Under the pieces are notes generated by a model. That model was not told the origin of the DNA and made no database searches. It was given only the letters and a program-made list of their open reading frames with translations. From NCBI GenBank assembly GCA_017609795.1, contig JAFCDH010000001.1:1-52934 (forward strand): DNA of 52,934 bases, given 5' to 3'. Positions within the stretch are counted from its first letter, which is position 1. Each line of letters begins with the position of its first letter. The position numbers were made by a program, and so were the translations under genes. Shown one piece after another: positions 9,020 to 19,300 of this stretch. Source of the stretch: Candidatus Pacearchaeota archaeon (GTDB taxonomy: Archaea; Nanobdellota; Nanobdellia; Pacearchaeales; GW2011-AR1).

Positions 9020-9669
9020 AATCAAAATGAGCAAAAAACAAATAGATGAATTGGATATGGATGTTGGATTCTTATTTGGGATTTTAATGTTAGGATTTTA
9101 TTTAATATTTTTAGATAAATTAATTTCATTTGGTTTAGCATTAGCATTGGGGTTATGGGGAGTTTTAATTAAATTAAGGAAATTAAACCTAAAATAGGAG
9201 AGAATAAATGAAAACACCAACAACACAAGAAATAATTGAAGTAGCAGAATGTTTAAAAGCTGGTTTCAAGGCACAAGATTTCCAATTAGGAATTGGAAAG
9301 GTTACTGAAAGATTATTTAAAAATAAATTAAATAAGATTATTAGGATGTTGAAATGTCCTATGAGAAAAATAGATATTAAATAAATAATGGAAAAAGACA
9401 AATGAATAAAAAAGAATATAATAAAAAGTTATTTGAATTAAAAAAACAATGTGGATTTTGGGGAAGAGGATATGTCCATTATGCTAAATTTCAAAAAGGA
9501 TTAGATAAATTAAATAAAGAGTTAGAGGAAAAGGACAAATGACAACCAAAGAAGAAGCAGATAAAAGAAGAAAGGAGAAATCAAATAATGGGAACTCTGC
9601 AGGGATTGGGGTTTTATGTTATGGTTTAATAATGTTAATTTTTATAAATTTAAATATTATGTCACTAAA

Positions 9670-9762
9670 ATGAAACAAAAATTTTCAACTAAATGGGTAG
9701 GAAGTAAACAACCAAGAAAACAAAGAAAATACAGAGCTAATGCTCAATCTTTGGAACGATAA
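9670..9762 (+). CDS. 30-aa ORF matching the N-terminus of archaeal ribosomal protein uL24 (L24P), truncated
   Basis: MKQKFSTKWVGSKQPRKQRKYRANA; SKQPRKQRK..NA is the archaeal L24P signature; stops after QSLER. Confidence 0.75.
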   Translation: MKQKFSTKWVGSKQPRKQRKYRANAQSLER

Positions 9763-9865
9763 GATGATAAAAATAATACTTGCTTTTATATTAGGATTTG
9801 GAGTGGGAGTTTGGTTTCAGTATTTAAATGTTTTATTTTGGAGGAATAAAGCTAAAAGAGATTCA

Positions 9866-9883
9866 ATTAAATCTTAGAATGAA
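9866..9883 (+). repeat. Junction repeat E (attaaatcttagaatgaa; also 10986-11003, core at 10849-10862)
   Basis: Three copies, each at a stop/start boundary. Confidence 0.85.
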
Positions 9884-9909
9884 ATTAATAAATACTATGG
9901 AGGTTAAAA

Positions 9910-10092
9910 ATGAAGATAAAAACACACTTATATGATATTGAGATTAAACCAAAAGGTTTTTTTGAAAAAGGAGTAGATGAAAAAGAAACTATAGGTTTTG
10001 GGAGCAAGATTGTTAAATTGCTTTTGGATAAGTTTACAATGGACAAAATTAAAATAGAATATTCAGATGAAGAAAAAGATGCTACCTTATGA
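9910..10092 (+). CDS. Hypothetical protein
   Basis: SD ggaggt; leader nearly identical to that of 5025. Confidence 0.65.
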   Translation: MKIKTHLYDIEIKPKGFFEKGVDEKETIGFGSKIVKLLLDKFTMDKIKIEYSDEEKDATL

Positions 10093-10339
10093 AGAGAAGA
10101 TACTAAAAGATATTTATGCTGACGAGCAGTTAGATATATTTGGTATTTTTAAAGAAAGAAGAATTAAGGAACAAAAAAGAAAAGAGTTAAAATCAATTAG
10201 AATTTTTGAAGAGAGAAAAAGAAGAAAGAACATTTTATTTTATAAAATTATTTGTAAGAAATTAATTGATATTTATGGTAAAGAAGGAGCAATTCCTTAT
10301 TTAAAGGTTTTATTCAAAGAAAATAAGGGAGAAAATTAA
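10067..10339 (+). CDS. Hypothetical basic protein
   Basis: ORF overlapping previous gene. Confidence 0.6.
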   Translation: MKKKMLPYEEKILKDIYADEQLDIFGIFKERRIKEQKRKELKSIRIFEERKRRKNILFYKIICKKLIDIYGKEGAIPYLKVLFKENKGEN

Positions 10340-11011
10340 ATCATCAGAGGAAGAGAATAAATGAAAATTAAATTAAGAGGAAAAGTTTGGAAGCAAATTA
10401 CTTTAAAAGAATTTAAAGATTTAGAATTAAATAATGGAGAGATTGCTTTATTTGAAGATACTTGGGGTGAGAAAACTTATTTTAAATTAATTTCACAAAA
10501 AGAGGGGAAGAAAATATGATAAGTAAGAAAACAATAGAGAAATTTAGAGAAAAGAATTGTTATTGTGCTGAATGTAATGAGCAGGAATTGAAGGAATGAA
10601 AGAGAAGTTAGTAGAAGCAGGTTTAGATTTAAGTCCAATTGCTTTTATGATTATAGATTGTAATTCAGGAATAGGAAAGTTACTTGAAGAAGAAGCTAAA
10701 AGAAGAGTAAATGAAATCAAAGGAGAATAACAACAAATGACAGATAAAGAATTTATACAAAGCTGGTTGAAGTTTAAGAATGAATGTGTGGAAAATAAAA
10801 TATTTGAGGTAATGGAAATAATTAGGTTGTTTGAGATATGGCTTAATCAATCTTAGAATGAAAAATGAAATGTTATAACTGCAAAAAAGAAATAGAAGAT
10901 TGGGCTTTTGATAATAAAGATTCTGATGGTAATGAGTATTGTATGGATTGTCAATCTAAAATTGTAGCGTTTATGGAGGAAGAAGATTAAATCTTAGAAT
11001 GAATAGTTAAA

Positions 11012-11602
11012 ATGGAACAATATTTAGCAACACCCTTTGAAATGAAGAAGATGAAAGAAAGAGGAGCTGAAGAAGTTTTTGCTAATTGTATTTCTACTGA
11101 ACATTTTTTTAATCCAATGGTTGATGATTTAGATAAAATAAGTGATTTTATTAAGGATTGTAAAACAATAATTGATGTTGGTTCTGGCTATGGTTTATTA
11201 ATAACAAAGTTAGCTAAGATAAATAATGATAAGAAGTTCTTAGGAATAGATACTGTTTATTGGGATGGTAATATTTTTCCAGTTCCTAAGGGATTAAAAA
11301 ATCTGAAATTTGAGTTTAATGGAATTGAAGCTATGGCTTATTCAGATAAATTTAACCAAAAGGTTCGAAATTTTGATTGTGTTATATGTTCTTGGATGCC
11401 AGAGGGTTCTGATTGGAGAGAAATGTTAAGTATCTTATCAATTAAGAAGATTATTTTAGTTCTCTCAAAAGATTTTAATACTGGAACAATAGAAACTTAT
11501 TGTGGTTTTGAAAAGTTAGGATTTAAATTAAAAGGAAGAGCTTTTACAAGTTCAGACTCCATAATTCAATTATGGGAGAGAACCATTTGTTCTTTCGAAT
11601 GA
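11012..11602 (+). CDS. Class I SAM-dependent methyltransferase
   Basis: IIDVGSGYG motif I, FLGID, FDCVICSWMP. Confidence 0.85.
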   Translation: MEQYLATPFEMKKMKERGAEEVFANCISTEHFFNPMVDDLDKISDFIKDCKTIIDVGSGYGLLITKLAKINNDKKFLGIDTVYWDGNIFPVPKGLKNLKFEFNGIEAMAYSDKFNQKVRNFDCVICSWMPEGSDWREMLSILSIKKIILVLSKDFNTGTIETYCGFEKLGFKLKGRAFTSSDSIIQLWERTICSFE

Positions 11603-11612
11603 GAGAAATAAT

Positions 11613-11816
11613 ATGGGAGCTGATGAAATATACGAGATTGTAACAGAAATTAGTGATGAGTTTGAAAATACTCTTACTATTAATGAAGGGCAAGATGAAC
11701 ATAGTACTTGGAGAGATTTGGAAATAAATAATGAAGATAAGCAAACCTTTTTTAGATTAAATAAAAATAGAGCAAAAAGATTAATCAAGGAATTAAAGGG
11801 GTTGTTTAATCTCTAA
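11613..11816 (+). CDS. Hypothetical protein
   Basis: ORF in operon. Confidence 0.6.
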   Translation: MGADEIYEIVTEISDEFENTLTINEGQDEHSTWRDLEINNEDKQTFFRLNKNRAKRLIKELKGLFNL

Positions 11817-11829
11817 ATTGAAATAAAAA

Positions 11830-12033
11830 ATGAAAAATTGTGAATATAACCAAATATGCAAATTTTATAGTAATAATTGTGATAATGAAAAATATCAATT
11901 AACTTGTTGGATTCATACAACTTTAGAGGGAATTTTAAATAGAGAAGTTTTTAAATCAAGAATAAATAAAAGAATTCATAGAGAAGAACATGGACATAAA
12001 AGACACGAGACAATAAATTTATCAAATTTTTAA
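11830..12033 (+). CDS. Cys-containing hypothetical protein, last gene of + arm
   Basis: CEYNQIC..NC..TC. Confidence 0.6.
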   Translation: MKNCEYNQICKFYSNNCDNEKYQLTCWIHTTLEGILNREVFKSRINKRIHREEHGHKRHETINLSNF

Positions 12034-12080
12034 GGATTTTCTTCAACCAATATTGCATTAGGAATTATTGGTTTTTCATT

Positions 12081-14948
12081 TTAATTTGGAGTTAATCCTC
12101 CTTCTAATGCTTTTATTCTTGCTGTTAAATCATCAATATCTTGTTTTTGTTCCTGAATTACTGATGTTAAAATAGTTAAATATTCATTTCTTGAAAGTTC
12201 AACCGTTTCTAATTCATCTGTAATTTCAGTATAATCAATTACATTTACACATAAAGTATCATTTACTAATTTTCCATTAACCATTTCTGTTAAAACTTCA
12301 CACTCTTTTTTATAATGAATAATTGTTTTATTTGTTGTTAGTTGTGGAAATATTTTTACTAAATCTTCTGCAATTATTCCAATTTCATTAGTTCTACTTT
12401 CATCTATTCTATCATATATTCTTGGTTCTATATCATAAAATCCTTTAGTATCATCAGAAGTAATATCCCTAATATTTTCTTTATATCTTTCTGATGATGT
12501 TTCATAAACTAATCTCCCATCTGATTGTATTCTTAAATTTCTTCCAACTGAGGTATTAGCATCATTATAAACTAAGGGCATATAAACCCCACCATCTTCA
12601 TCTATCTTAACACCTAATGTTGCTGCCTGACCACCATTAGGAACAGTATAAAATTCCATTTTCATTCCAAAACCTTTATCAAAATCAGAAATATAATAAT
12701 GGTTTTCAGTAGCCATTACTTTAATTGCAGAATAAGTAGCATAACCTATCCCAGAAGTCCACGCTCTAAAATAAAATCTTCCAACATTATCTCCTGATAA
12801 TAAATGAGAAGGAGATTCAAGTGTTCCTCTGCTTCTTTTTGTGTTCCATATTGGTGAAGCAGTAGTGTCCCGAGCATCAGTTATAATATATTGATGAGCA
12901 TTTAAAGAGTGAGTGATATGGTCAGCATCTGTTGTTAAAACCATGCCTCCTGTTCTTGTAATATCCCCTGTTCCTGCAATATCTCCAATTACTGCAACAG
13001 GCTTATTTATAATAATAGAAGGACTTCCTGTATCTATTGTGGTAATTCCAGCATCACTTACTGAAAAACTTATAAATTTTGTAGCATCATAACCAATTTT
13101 AAATTGTGGTTCTGTTGTAGAAAGAATTGTTGTAGCTCCTGCTCTTATATTTCTTGTTACATTTAAATTAGTAAAATTCCCCCAATCAACATTAGTAATA
13201 TTATTTCCACCTAAATCTAAATTTCCATTCCAAGTTAATTCTCCAATATATGCAGTTCCTGTTACAGTCAAGGTTGTAAAATTCCCATAAGTTGAATTGA
13301 TATTTGATGCAAAAACACCTCCACCAATATTTGCATCATCACCAACAATTAAATTATTTTGAACATCTAAATTTGCCTTAGCATTGCTTCCTCCTTGTTC
13401 ATTTCTTATTTTAAGTGTTCTTGCATTATCAGTATAAAATTCAATTTCTGCATCACCACTTACAAAGAACCATTCAGGAGAGTTTATCCATTCGATTACA
13501 GTATCTCCTCCATCAATAGCAATTCTATTGTCATTATCACCAAAAGCCCCAATTTTTGCTGTACCATCACCTATTAAAATATTAGATGATACTCCCATAT
13601 CAACATCATTATCAAACACAACACCATGCCCTTCTTCATTCTCTGCTATGTGGTCTACATAAAGATTTGTTGCATTTGTTAAATTATATACTCCAAGATT
13701 TAAATTTCCTGCCATATTTCTTGAACCATCAGCTAATAAATATTGTGGATGGTCATCATCTGAAAGTCCTGCTAAATCTCCATGGTCTGTAACAATATTA
13801 AAACTTTCTTCACTTATTCCAGGTCTTACATCTTGCCAAACAGCATTACTAAAATCAGTATCTCCTTGTTGATAAACTACTGTTGTTAATTTTGGAGTTT
13901 GTGCTAAGCCTTCAGGAATAGGAGATAATGCTCCTGCTTCTGCTTGTGCTTTTGTATTGTAATAAGTAGTTGGATAAACCCAACCTAATTGATGATGTGC
14001 ATAAATAAAATATGCTTTTGTCCATTTATTTGCAGGAATATTATCTAAATCATTTCCATCATCATATTGTATTGTATCTATTTCTGCATTAGAATCATTA
14101 GTCCAATCTCCTCCTGAATGAAATAATCTTATTAAAGGGAGTGTTCTTGAATTTATTGCTGTTGGATTTCTTTCTTCAATTCCATCTTTAATTAATTTTC
14201 CAGCATCCATTGAAACATCAAGGGAGTTTGTAGCATCTGTATCTTCACTAACACTCATTCCATTTATTATTCTATTTGGAAAAGCAATTCTTAATCCTCT
14301 ACGAGTATCTGACATTGAAGCATCAATTAAACTCATTTCCCTATATCCTGCAATATTTCCATCCCAATTTGAAAATTTTGCAATTAATATTTCATCACCT
14401 GAACTTGAACTTGTTTGCAATTCTAAAGTAGAAGTTCCTGTATATTTGAGATAATTAACTTGGTCACTTACTAAAGTTCCTGAACCCGCATCTGTTTTAA
14501 CAAAATCTTCAATTGAAAAATCATAAACTTCTCCTGCTGTCCATTCAACATCTAATCCTCCTGTAAGTGAAACTGTAATTGTTTCGGATACTCCACGATT
14601 AATTATATGATTAAAAGTATCTTTGATTGAATGTCCATCATGGTCTATTATGTGAGTTGAGTTTAATTGAACTCCTTTAACCTGAAAACCTGTTGCATTA
14701 ATATAATTTGCTGAAAAATTGTAAATTCCAATACCTATATCTTGATTTGAGTTAGAACCATTTATTGAAAGATAATTAGAAAACATCGAAGTAATACCAT
14801 CTAAAATGTATGTAACACTTTGATTACCCCAATAAATTCCTGTTGTTTTATTTAATTGGTCTGTTGGATGAAATTGTATATTTGAAGAAGCTAAAGTTAA
14901 TGGAATTATCAATAAGATTAATGCAAACATTAGATATTTTTTTATCAT
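12081..14948 (-). CDS. Secreted fibre/spike protein with C-terminal peptidase S74 intramolecular chaperone
   Basis: Signal peptide; DHGDLAGLSDDDHPQYL fibre motif; SSERYKENI...IGIIAEDL...coiled coil IQEQ..LTARIKALE. Confidence 0.85.
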   Translation of the reverse strand: MIKKYLMFALILLIIPLTLASSNIQFHPTDQLNKTTGIYWGNQSVTYILDGITSMFSNYLSINGSNSNQDIGIGIYNFSANYINATGFQVKGVQLNSTHIIDHDGHSIKDTFNHIINRGVSETITVSLTGGLDVEWTAGEVYDFSIEDFVKTDAGSGTLVSDQVNYLKYTGTSTLELQTSSSSGDEILIAKFSNWDGNIAGYREMSLIDASMSDTRRGLRIAFPNRIINGMSVSEDTDATNSLDVSMDAGKLIKDGIEERNPTAINSRTLPLIRLFHSGGDWTNDSNAEIDTIQYDDGNDLDNIPANKWTKAYFIYAHHQLGWVYPTTYYNTKAQAEAGALSPIPEGLAQTPKLTTVVYQQGDTDFSNAVWQDVRPGISEESFNIVTDHGDLAGLSDDDHPQYLLADGSRNMAGNLNLGVYNLTNATNLYVDHIAENEEGHGVVFDNDVDMGVSSNILIGDGTAKIGAFGDNDNRIAIDGGDTVIEWINSPEWFFVSGDAEIEFYTDNARTLKIRNEQGGSNAKANLDVQNNLIVGDDANIGGGVFASNINSTYGNFTTLTVTGTAYIGELTWNGNLDLGGNNITNVDWGNFTNLNVTRNIRAGATTILSTTEPQFKIGYDATKFISFSVSDAGITTIDTGSPSIIINKPVAVIGDIAGTGDITRTGGMVLTTDADHITHSLNAHQYIITDARDTTASPIWNTKRSRGTLESPSHLLSGDNVGRFYFRAWTSGIGYATYSAIKVMATENHYYISDFDKGFGMKMEFYTVPNGGQAATLGVKIDEDGGVYMPLVYNDANTSVGRNLRIQSDGRLVYETSSERYKENIRDITSDDTKGFYDIEPRIYDRIDESRTNEIGIIAEDLVKIFPQLTTNKTIIHYKKECEVLTEMVNGKLVNDTLCVNVIDYTEITDELETVELSRNEYLTILTSVIQEQKQDIDDLTARIKALEGGLTPN

Positions 14949-15211
14949 TTTCTTTTTCTTTTGTGTTTTTTTACATTGAATTTCTTTCCTTTCTTGCTTC
15001 TCTTTGTGTATTTCCTAACTTTAACTCTGCCAAAGATATGCCCCGCAAAACGGGGGTGGGTTTTTTTTACTCTCCTTACGCGAGTTAAATCTCCGGGAGC
15101 CCTTGTTAATTTCCGTCCTGTAAGTTGTCCTGTCTTAGAATCTCTTGTTGCAATAGTTCTTCCTGTTTTTTCAATTTTGATAAATTCCTTAGTAACTCTT
15201 TTTACCATCAT
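14945..15211 (-). CDS. Very basic protein, candidate genome-condensing nucleoprotein
   Basis: Lys/Arg-rich, VRKYTKRSKKGKKFNVKKHKRKRK. Confidence 0.65.
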   Translation of the reverse strand: MMVKRVTKEFIKIEKTGRTIATRDSKTGQLTGRKLTRAPGDLTRVRRVKKTHPRFAGHIFGRVKVRKYTKRSKKGKKFNVKKHKRKRK

Positions 15212-15432
15212 GATTTTATGACAAGCATTCTTTCCTGCTTATCCATTAAATTTAATTTAGATTTTACATCATCTTGAATAAGTAAGATTCCTTTATATAT
15301 ATTTGGTTTGAAAAAAGTTCTTTCTATACCAACCTTAACTATCCCTTCATCTCCAAATTTTTGATAAATTCCTTGCGGTAGCTTAATTGATGCTTTGTCT
15401 TTAAATATTCTTACTACTATTCTAATTCTCAT
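15208..15432 (-). CDS. Small beta-rich hypothetical protein
   Basis: Coupled ORF. Confidence 0.6.
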   Translation of the reverse strand: MRIRIVVRIFKDKASIKLPQGIYQKFGDEGIVKVGIERTFFKPNIYKGILLIQDDVKSKLNLMDKQERMLVIKS

Positions 15433-16112
15433 CTTAATTTAATTTTTTGAAGTTCTTTACATTCTCCAAGATGTTTAGTATATTCATCATAATTTCTAAA
15501 TGTCTCTCTACAATATTCACATTTTCTTTTTCTTCTTCTCCAAAGTATTATAAAGAAGAAAACCCCGATTAATAAAAGTATTGGTGGAGCAATTTTTTTC
15601 ATAATTTCTTCAATTTCAACTTCTTCATCTTCTATAATTTCTTCTGGTTCTGTTGGTTCTCCACCTATTGTTGTTCTTGTTACACTCCCGCAGCAAAGTT
15701 TATAAGAATAATGGCTATAGTTTCCTAAATGGCTATTATTTAATTTATTTAATGAAGCAATATGATAATCTCTTGGACAAACACCTGAAGTAATAGTGCA
15801 TTGAACACTTGCACAAAGGTTGTAATCATAAAACTTTTCCACACTCGCCACATGACTATCATTAATTTTATATTGGCTTAAAACAAAAGATTGATTACCT
15901 GTGCAATTTCCTGTGGTTAAATTTATTGTAATAATTTTTGGATAACAAATTGATTGATTAAAGTAACCTGGCTGGGCAATATGAGAATTTTCGGTTTGGT
16001 ACAAACTAAACATTTCAGTTTCTCCTGCTTCACATCCGTTTTCTCTTGTTATAGCACTTATCGTCGGTATTAATACCAAACTCATTAAAAAAATTATATA
16101 TAACATTTTCAT
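15429..16112 (-). CDS. Cys-rich type I membrane protein with cytoplasmic C2H2/C2HC finger
   Basis: Signal; 3x SL..NSH(I/V/L) repeats; TM; CEYC..F..Y..H..C. Confidence 0.8.
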   Translation of the reverse strand: MKMLYIIFLMSLVLIPTISAITRENGCEAGETEMFSLYQTENSHIAQPGYFNQSICYPKIITINLTTGNCTGNQSFVLSQYKINDSHVASVEKFYDYNLCASVQCTITSGVCPRDYHIASLNKLNNSHLGNYSHYSYKLCCGSVTRTTIGGEPTEPEEIIEDEEVEIEEIMKKIAPPILLLIGVFFFIILWRRRKRKCEYCRETFRNYDEYTKHLGECKELQKIKLR

Positions 16113-16366
16113 TATCTTAAAACTCTCCTTTTTATTGGTTTCTTCTTCATCATAATTTTATTTAAAAGAACTTCTCTATATCTAAAATAAACTACTACAA
16201 TAATTATTAAGATTAATAAACCAGCAATTAAAGGATGGTTAGGACTTATTTTTTCACCTATTGAAATTATAAAATCTTTTCCTTGAGTTGTTATTTCTTC
16301 AAATGTCAAAGGATATATTGAATAGATGATTGCTGCTATCACCATCAAAAGTATTAAATCTATCAT
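16112..16366 (-). CDS. Two-TM membrane protein
   Basis: Hydrophobic segments, basic tail. Confidence 0.7.
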   Translation of the reverse strand: MIDLILLMVIAAIIYSIYPLTFEEITTQGKDFIISIGEKISPNHPLIAGLLILIIIVVVYFRYREVLLNKIMMKKKPIKRRVLR

Positions 16367-19300
16367 TTTCTTTTTTTAAAAGCCCTCCTTAACCATGATT
16401 TAGCTTTTCTTCTTGCTTCATAATATTGAGGAAATTTATATATTTTTCCTTTTGCTTTTTGTTTTTCTAAAACAATTACACCACTAACTCCTGAGATAGT
16501 TATTATAAAAATCCAAAAAAGTACTGGTGATTGGTTGGTTATACATCTTGATTTTATTTCAGGAGTATCTTCTACATCTAACCAATCTCCTATAGGATTT
16601 CCTGCAAAACAAGAAAAAATCAAATCATCCAGATTTAAGCCCCCACAATCACTTGGACAGCTATAAAAACTTTCTCCTGATTCACAAAGCCCATTTCCAC
16701 ATATCGCTTTTGCTTCTATTATTATTTCTGGTTCTTCTTCTTCTTCAGGTGGTGTTGGTTCTCCTCCTCCACCTAAACTACTCGGCGTGGTATAAGTTAT
16801 TGTAAATTCTTTTGTTGTTTTATTTTCATTACTTGCTAAGTCACTTGAATAAATAGTTAAATTATATGTTCCATAATTTCCTTGAACAGCAGCTAACCCA
16901 CGAACATTACAAGTATAAGAAATATTTTCATTAGTTCCATCAAGGCTTCCAGTTGCATTATAAATTGAATACTTACAAGAAAGAGTATTTGTGTCAGAGG
17001 TAGTTGAATTAAAATAAATCATTTTAGAATCTACAGTTGTACTTATTGAAGAAAGGTTTATTTCAGGAAAAATAGTATCCACACCAAAAGTAAAATTGTT
17101 TAAAGCCCAATCTCCATTATTACTCGTATCATTGCACCAAACATTCCAGACAAATTCCGTGTCTGTTAAAGTAAAATTTGTATAATTTTGAACTCCTGAA
17201 TTAGGTTTTTTCCATGTAAAATTCTTATGCCAAGTCCCTGTAGCATTATGATAAAGTCTACAAGTATCTAAACCATTAACATCTGTTGAAGTAAAATTAA
17301 AATGAGAATTAACCCCAGTATTTAACCAAAGCCCATCTGTAGGATAATCTAAAACAGTTGATGGTGCAGTAAAAGAAAGCCCAAAAGTAACAGAAGAAGA
17401 ATTTATATTATTAAGAGTATCATTTACATAAAAAGTCAAAGTATATGCACCCTCACCTATTCCATCGATTTTAGTAACATTAAAAGTCATATTTGCACAA
17501 TCTGGAACAGTAGTATTGCTTGTAATTATATCTGTTGAATTAAAAATTCTATACCAGCAAGATTGAACACCAAGAGTTTCATCTGAAACAGTAAAATTTA
17601 AAGGAAGACTCTGATTTGTAGCATAATTTTGTGGTAGGGGTCTATATAAATCTAATAAAGGATTAGCATTATCTAAGGTAATTCTTCTTGTCCTAGTTTC
17701 ATTATAATTAGAAGCACCATCCCAAACACTAATATTATAATTATAAAACCCATCATTAAGCCCTGTCCAATTTACAACCCTTTGAGCAGTTGAATAAGTT
17801 GTTATATTTACTTGAGTTCCATTTCTATGATAAAGTCTAAAAGTAATATTTTTTTCATTTGTCTCTGTAACATTTGCATATACATAAATCCAGGTTCTTG
17901 TAAAATTTGTTTCATTAAGTTCAGTGCCAGTTCCATAGGAAATTAAAGGGTTGGTTGTGTCAATCGTGAAGGTTGTGGATTGAGTAGAGTTTGTATTTCC
18001 TACTGTATCATTACAATAAGCAGTTATTGTATAATCTCCGTCGGCAATAGAAGTGTTGGAGTAGTTCCCACCAGTTGAACTTGAATTTATAGATAAAGAA
18101 TAATTATTTAATCCAGAATTTAAACTCACAACACAGGCATTAAAATTTGTGCTTGTTAAATTTATGTGGATGAAGTTTTGTGAATAATAATTTGTATTTA
18201 CTGGATTTAAGATTCTATAATCTGGTGGAATTGTATCAATAAAAAAAGTAACATTGGAAGAATTTGTATTTCCAGCAGTATCATTTGTCCAAACCCTTAC
18301 AATATGCTTTCCATCTGTCCAAGTTATATCAGTTATATTTACTCCACAAGTTATTGAGGTGTTTAAAGTAAAAGTATCATTAGAATACCAACAAGAAGCT
18401 ATGTTTGTGTCGGCAAAGGTATATTCAACATCTAAAGTATTATCAGATGAACTTGTTCCATTTGTTGGACTTGTAATATTTATATAAGGGTGAACATTAT
18501 CTAAACTAAATACATCATTAAAATTATTTTCATTAACAGTAACATCATAAAGATGAGAAATTGTAGGATAACTAATATTTTGAGCATAAATTGTATAATT
18601 ACTATAATAAGTTGTAACTCCTCCAGTTCGATAATAATCAAATATTTCAGTTTGTGGAGTATACCCAGTATCATCTGTTGTAAAATTAAACTGAGGAGTG
18701 CCTGTAATATTATAAGCAGTTATATTTATTCCCTCAAGTGCAGAACCTGTATTTGAATCATTAACATAAGTTCTATAATACCATTTTCTATAAAGAGAAC
18801 AACCAGAACTAACATCTTCTTTTACTTTATCATAAGTTACATTTAAAAAAACATTATTAATTGATGCTGTTTCAAAGGGTGTAATTGTAACATCTACTGT
18901 TGTACTACTAATTTTTCCATCTTTTAAAAGATTATTGCTTGCACCATCTTGAAAATATACTCCATTTAGGTTATCATAAAAACTAAAATTAGTTAAATTA
19001 TTATCTAAAACATACCAAAAACCAATTGCCCATCTTGTTTCGCTTATTGTTATATCTGACCATTTATTTTTAGAACTTAAATAATCATCCCCCCACATAT
19101 TAATTCCTTCTGAAACCCCATTAGTTCCTGTAATAGTTATATTTTCTAAAACATTATTAACTGAATCTACAATATCAATACCATGGTCATAAACCCCATA
19201 ATTTCCTGTATTTATATTTATATCCTTTATTTCGATATTATCTGAACCACTAAAAATAGTAATTGCAGTAACACCAAAATTATTAATATTTCCGTTTTTA

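Noticed and set aside
3535..11003. Complete integron or diversity-generating retroelement
   Set aside because: No integrase or reverse transcriptase; no full attC hairpins; repeat pairs do not differ specifically at adenines
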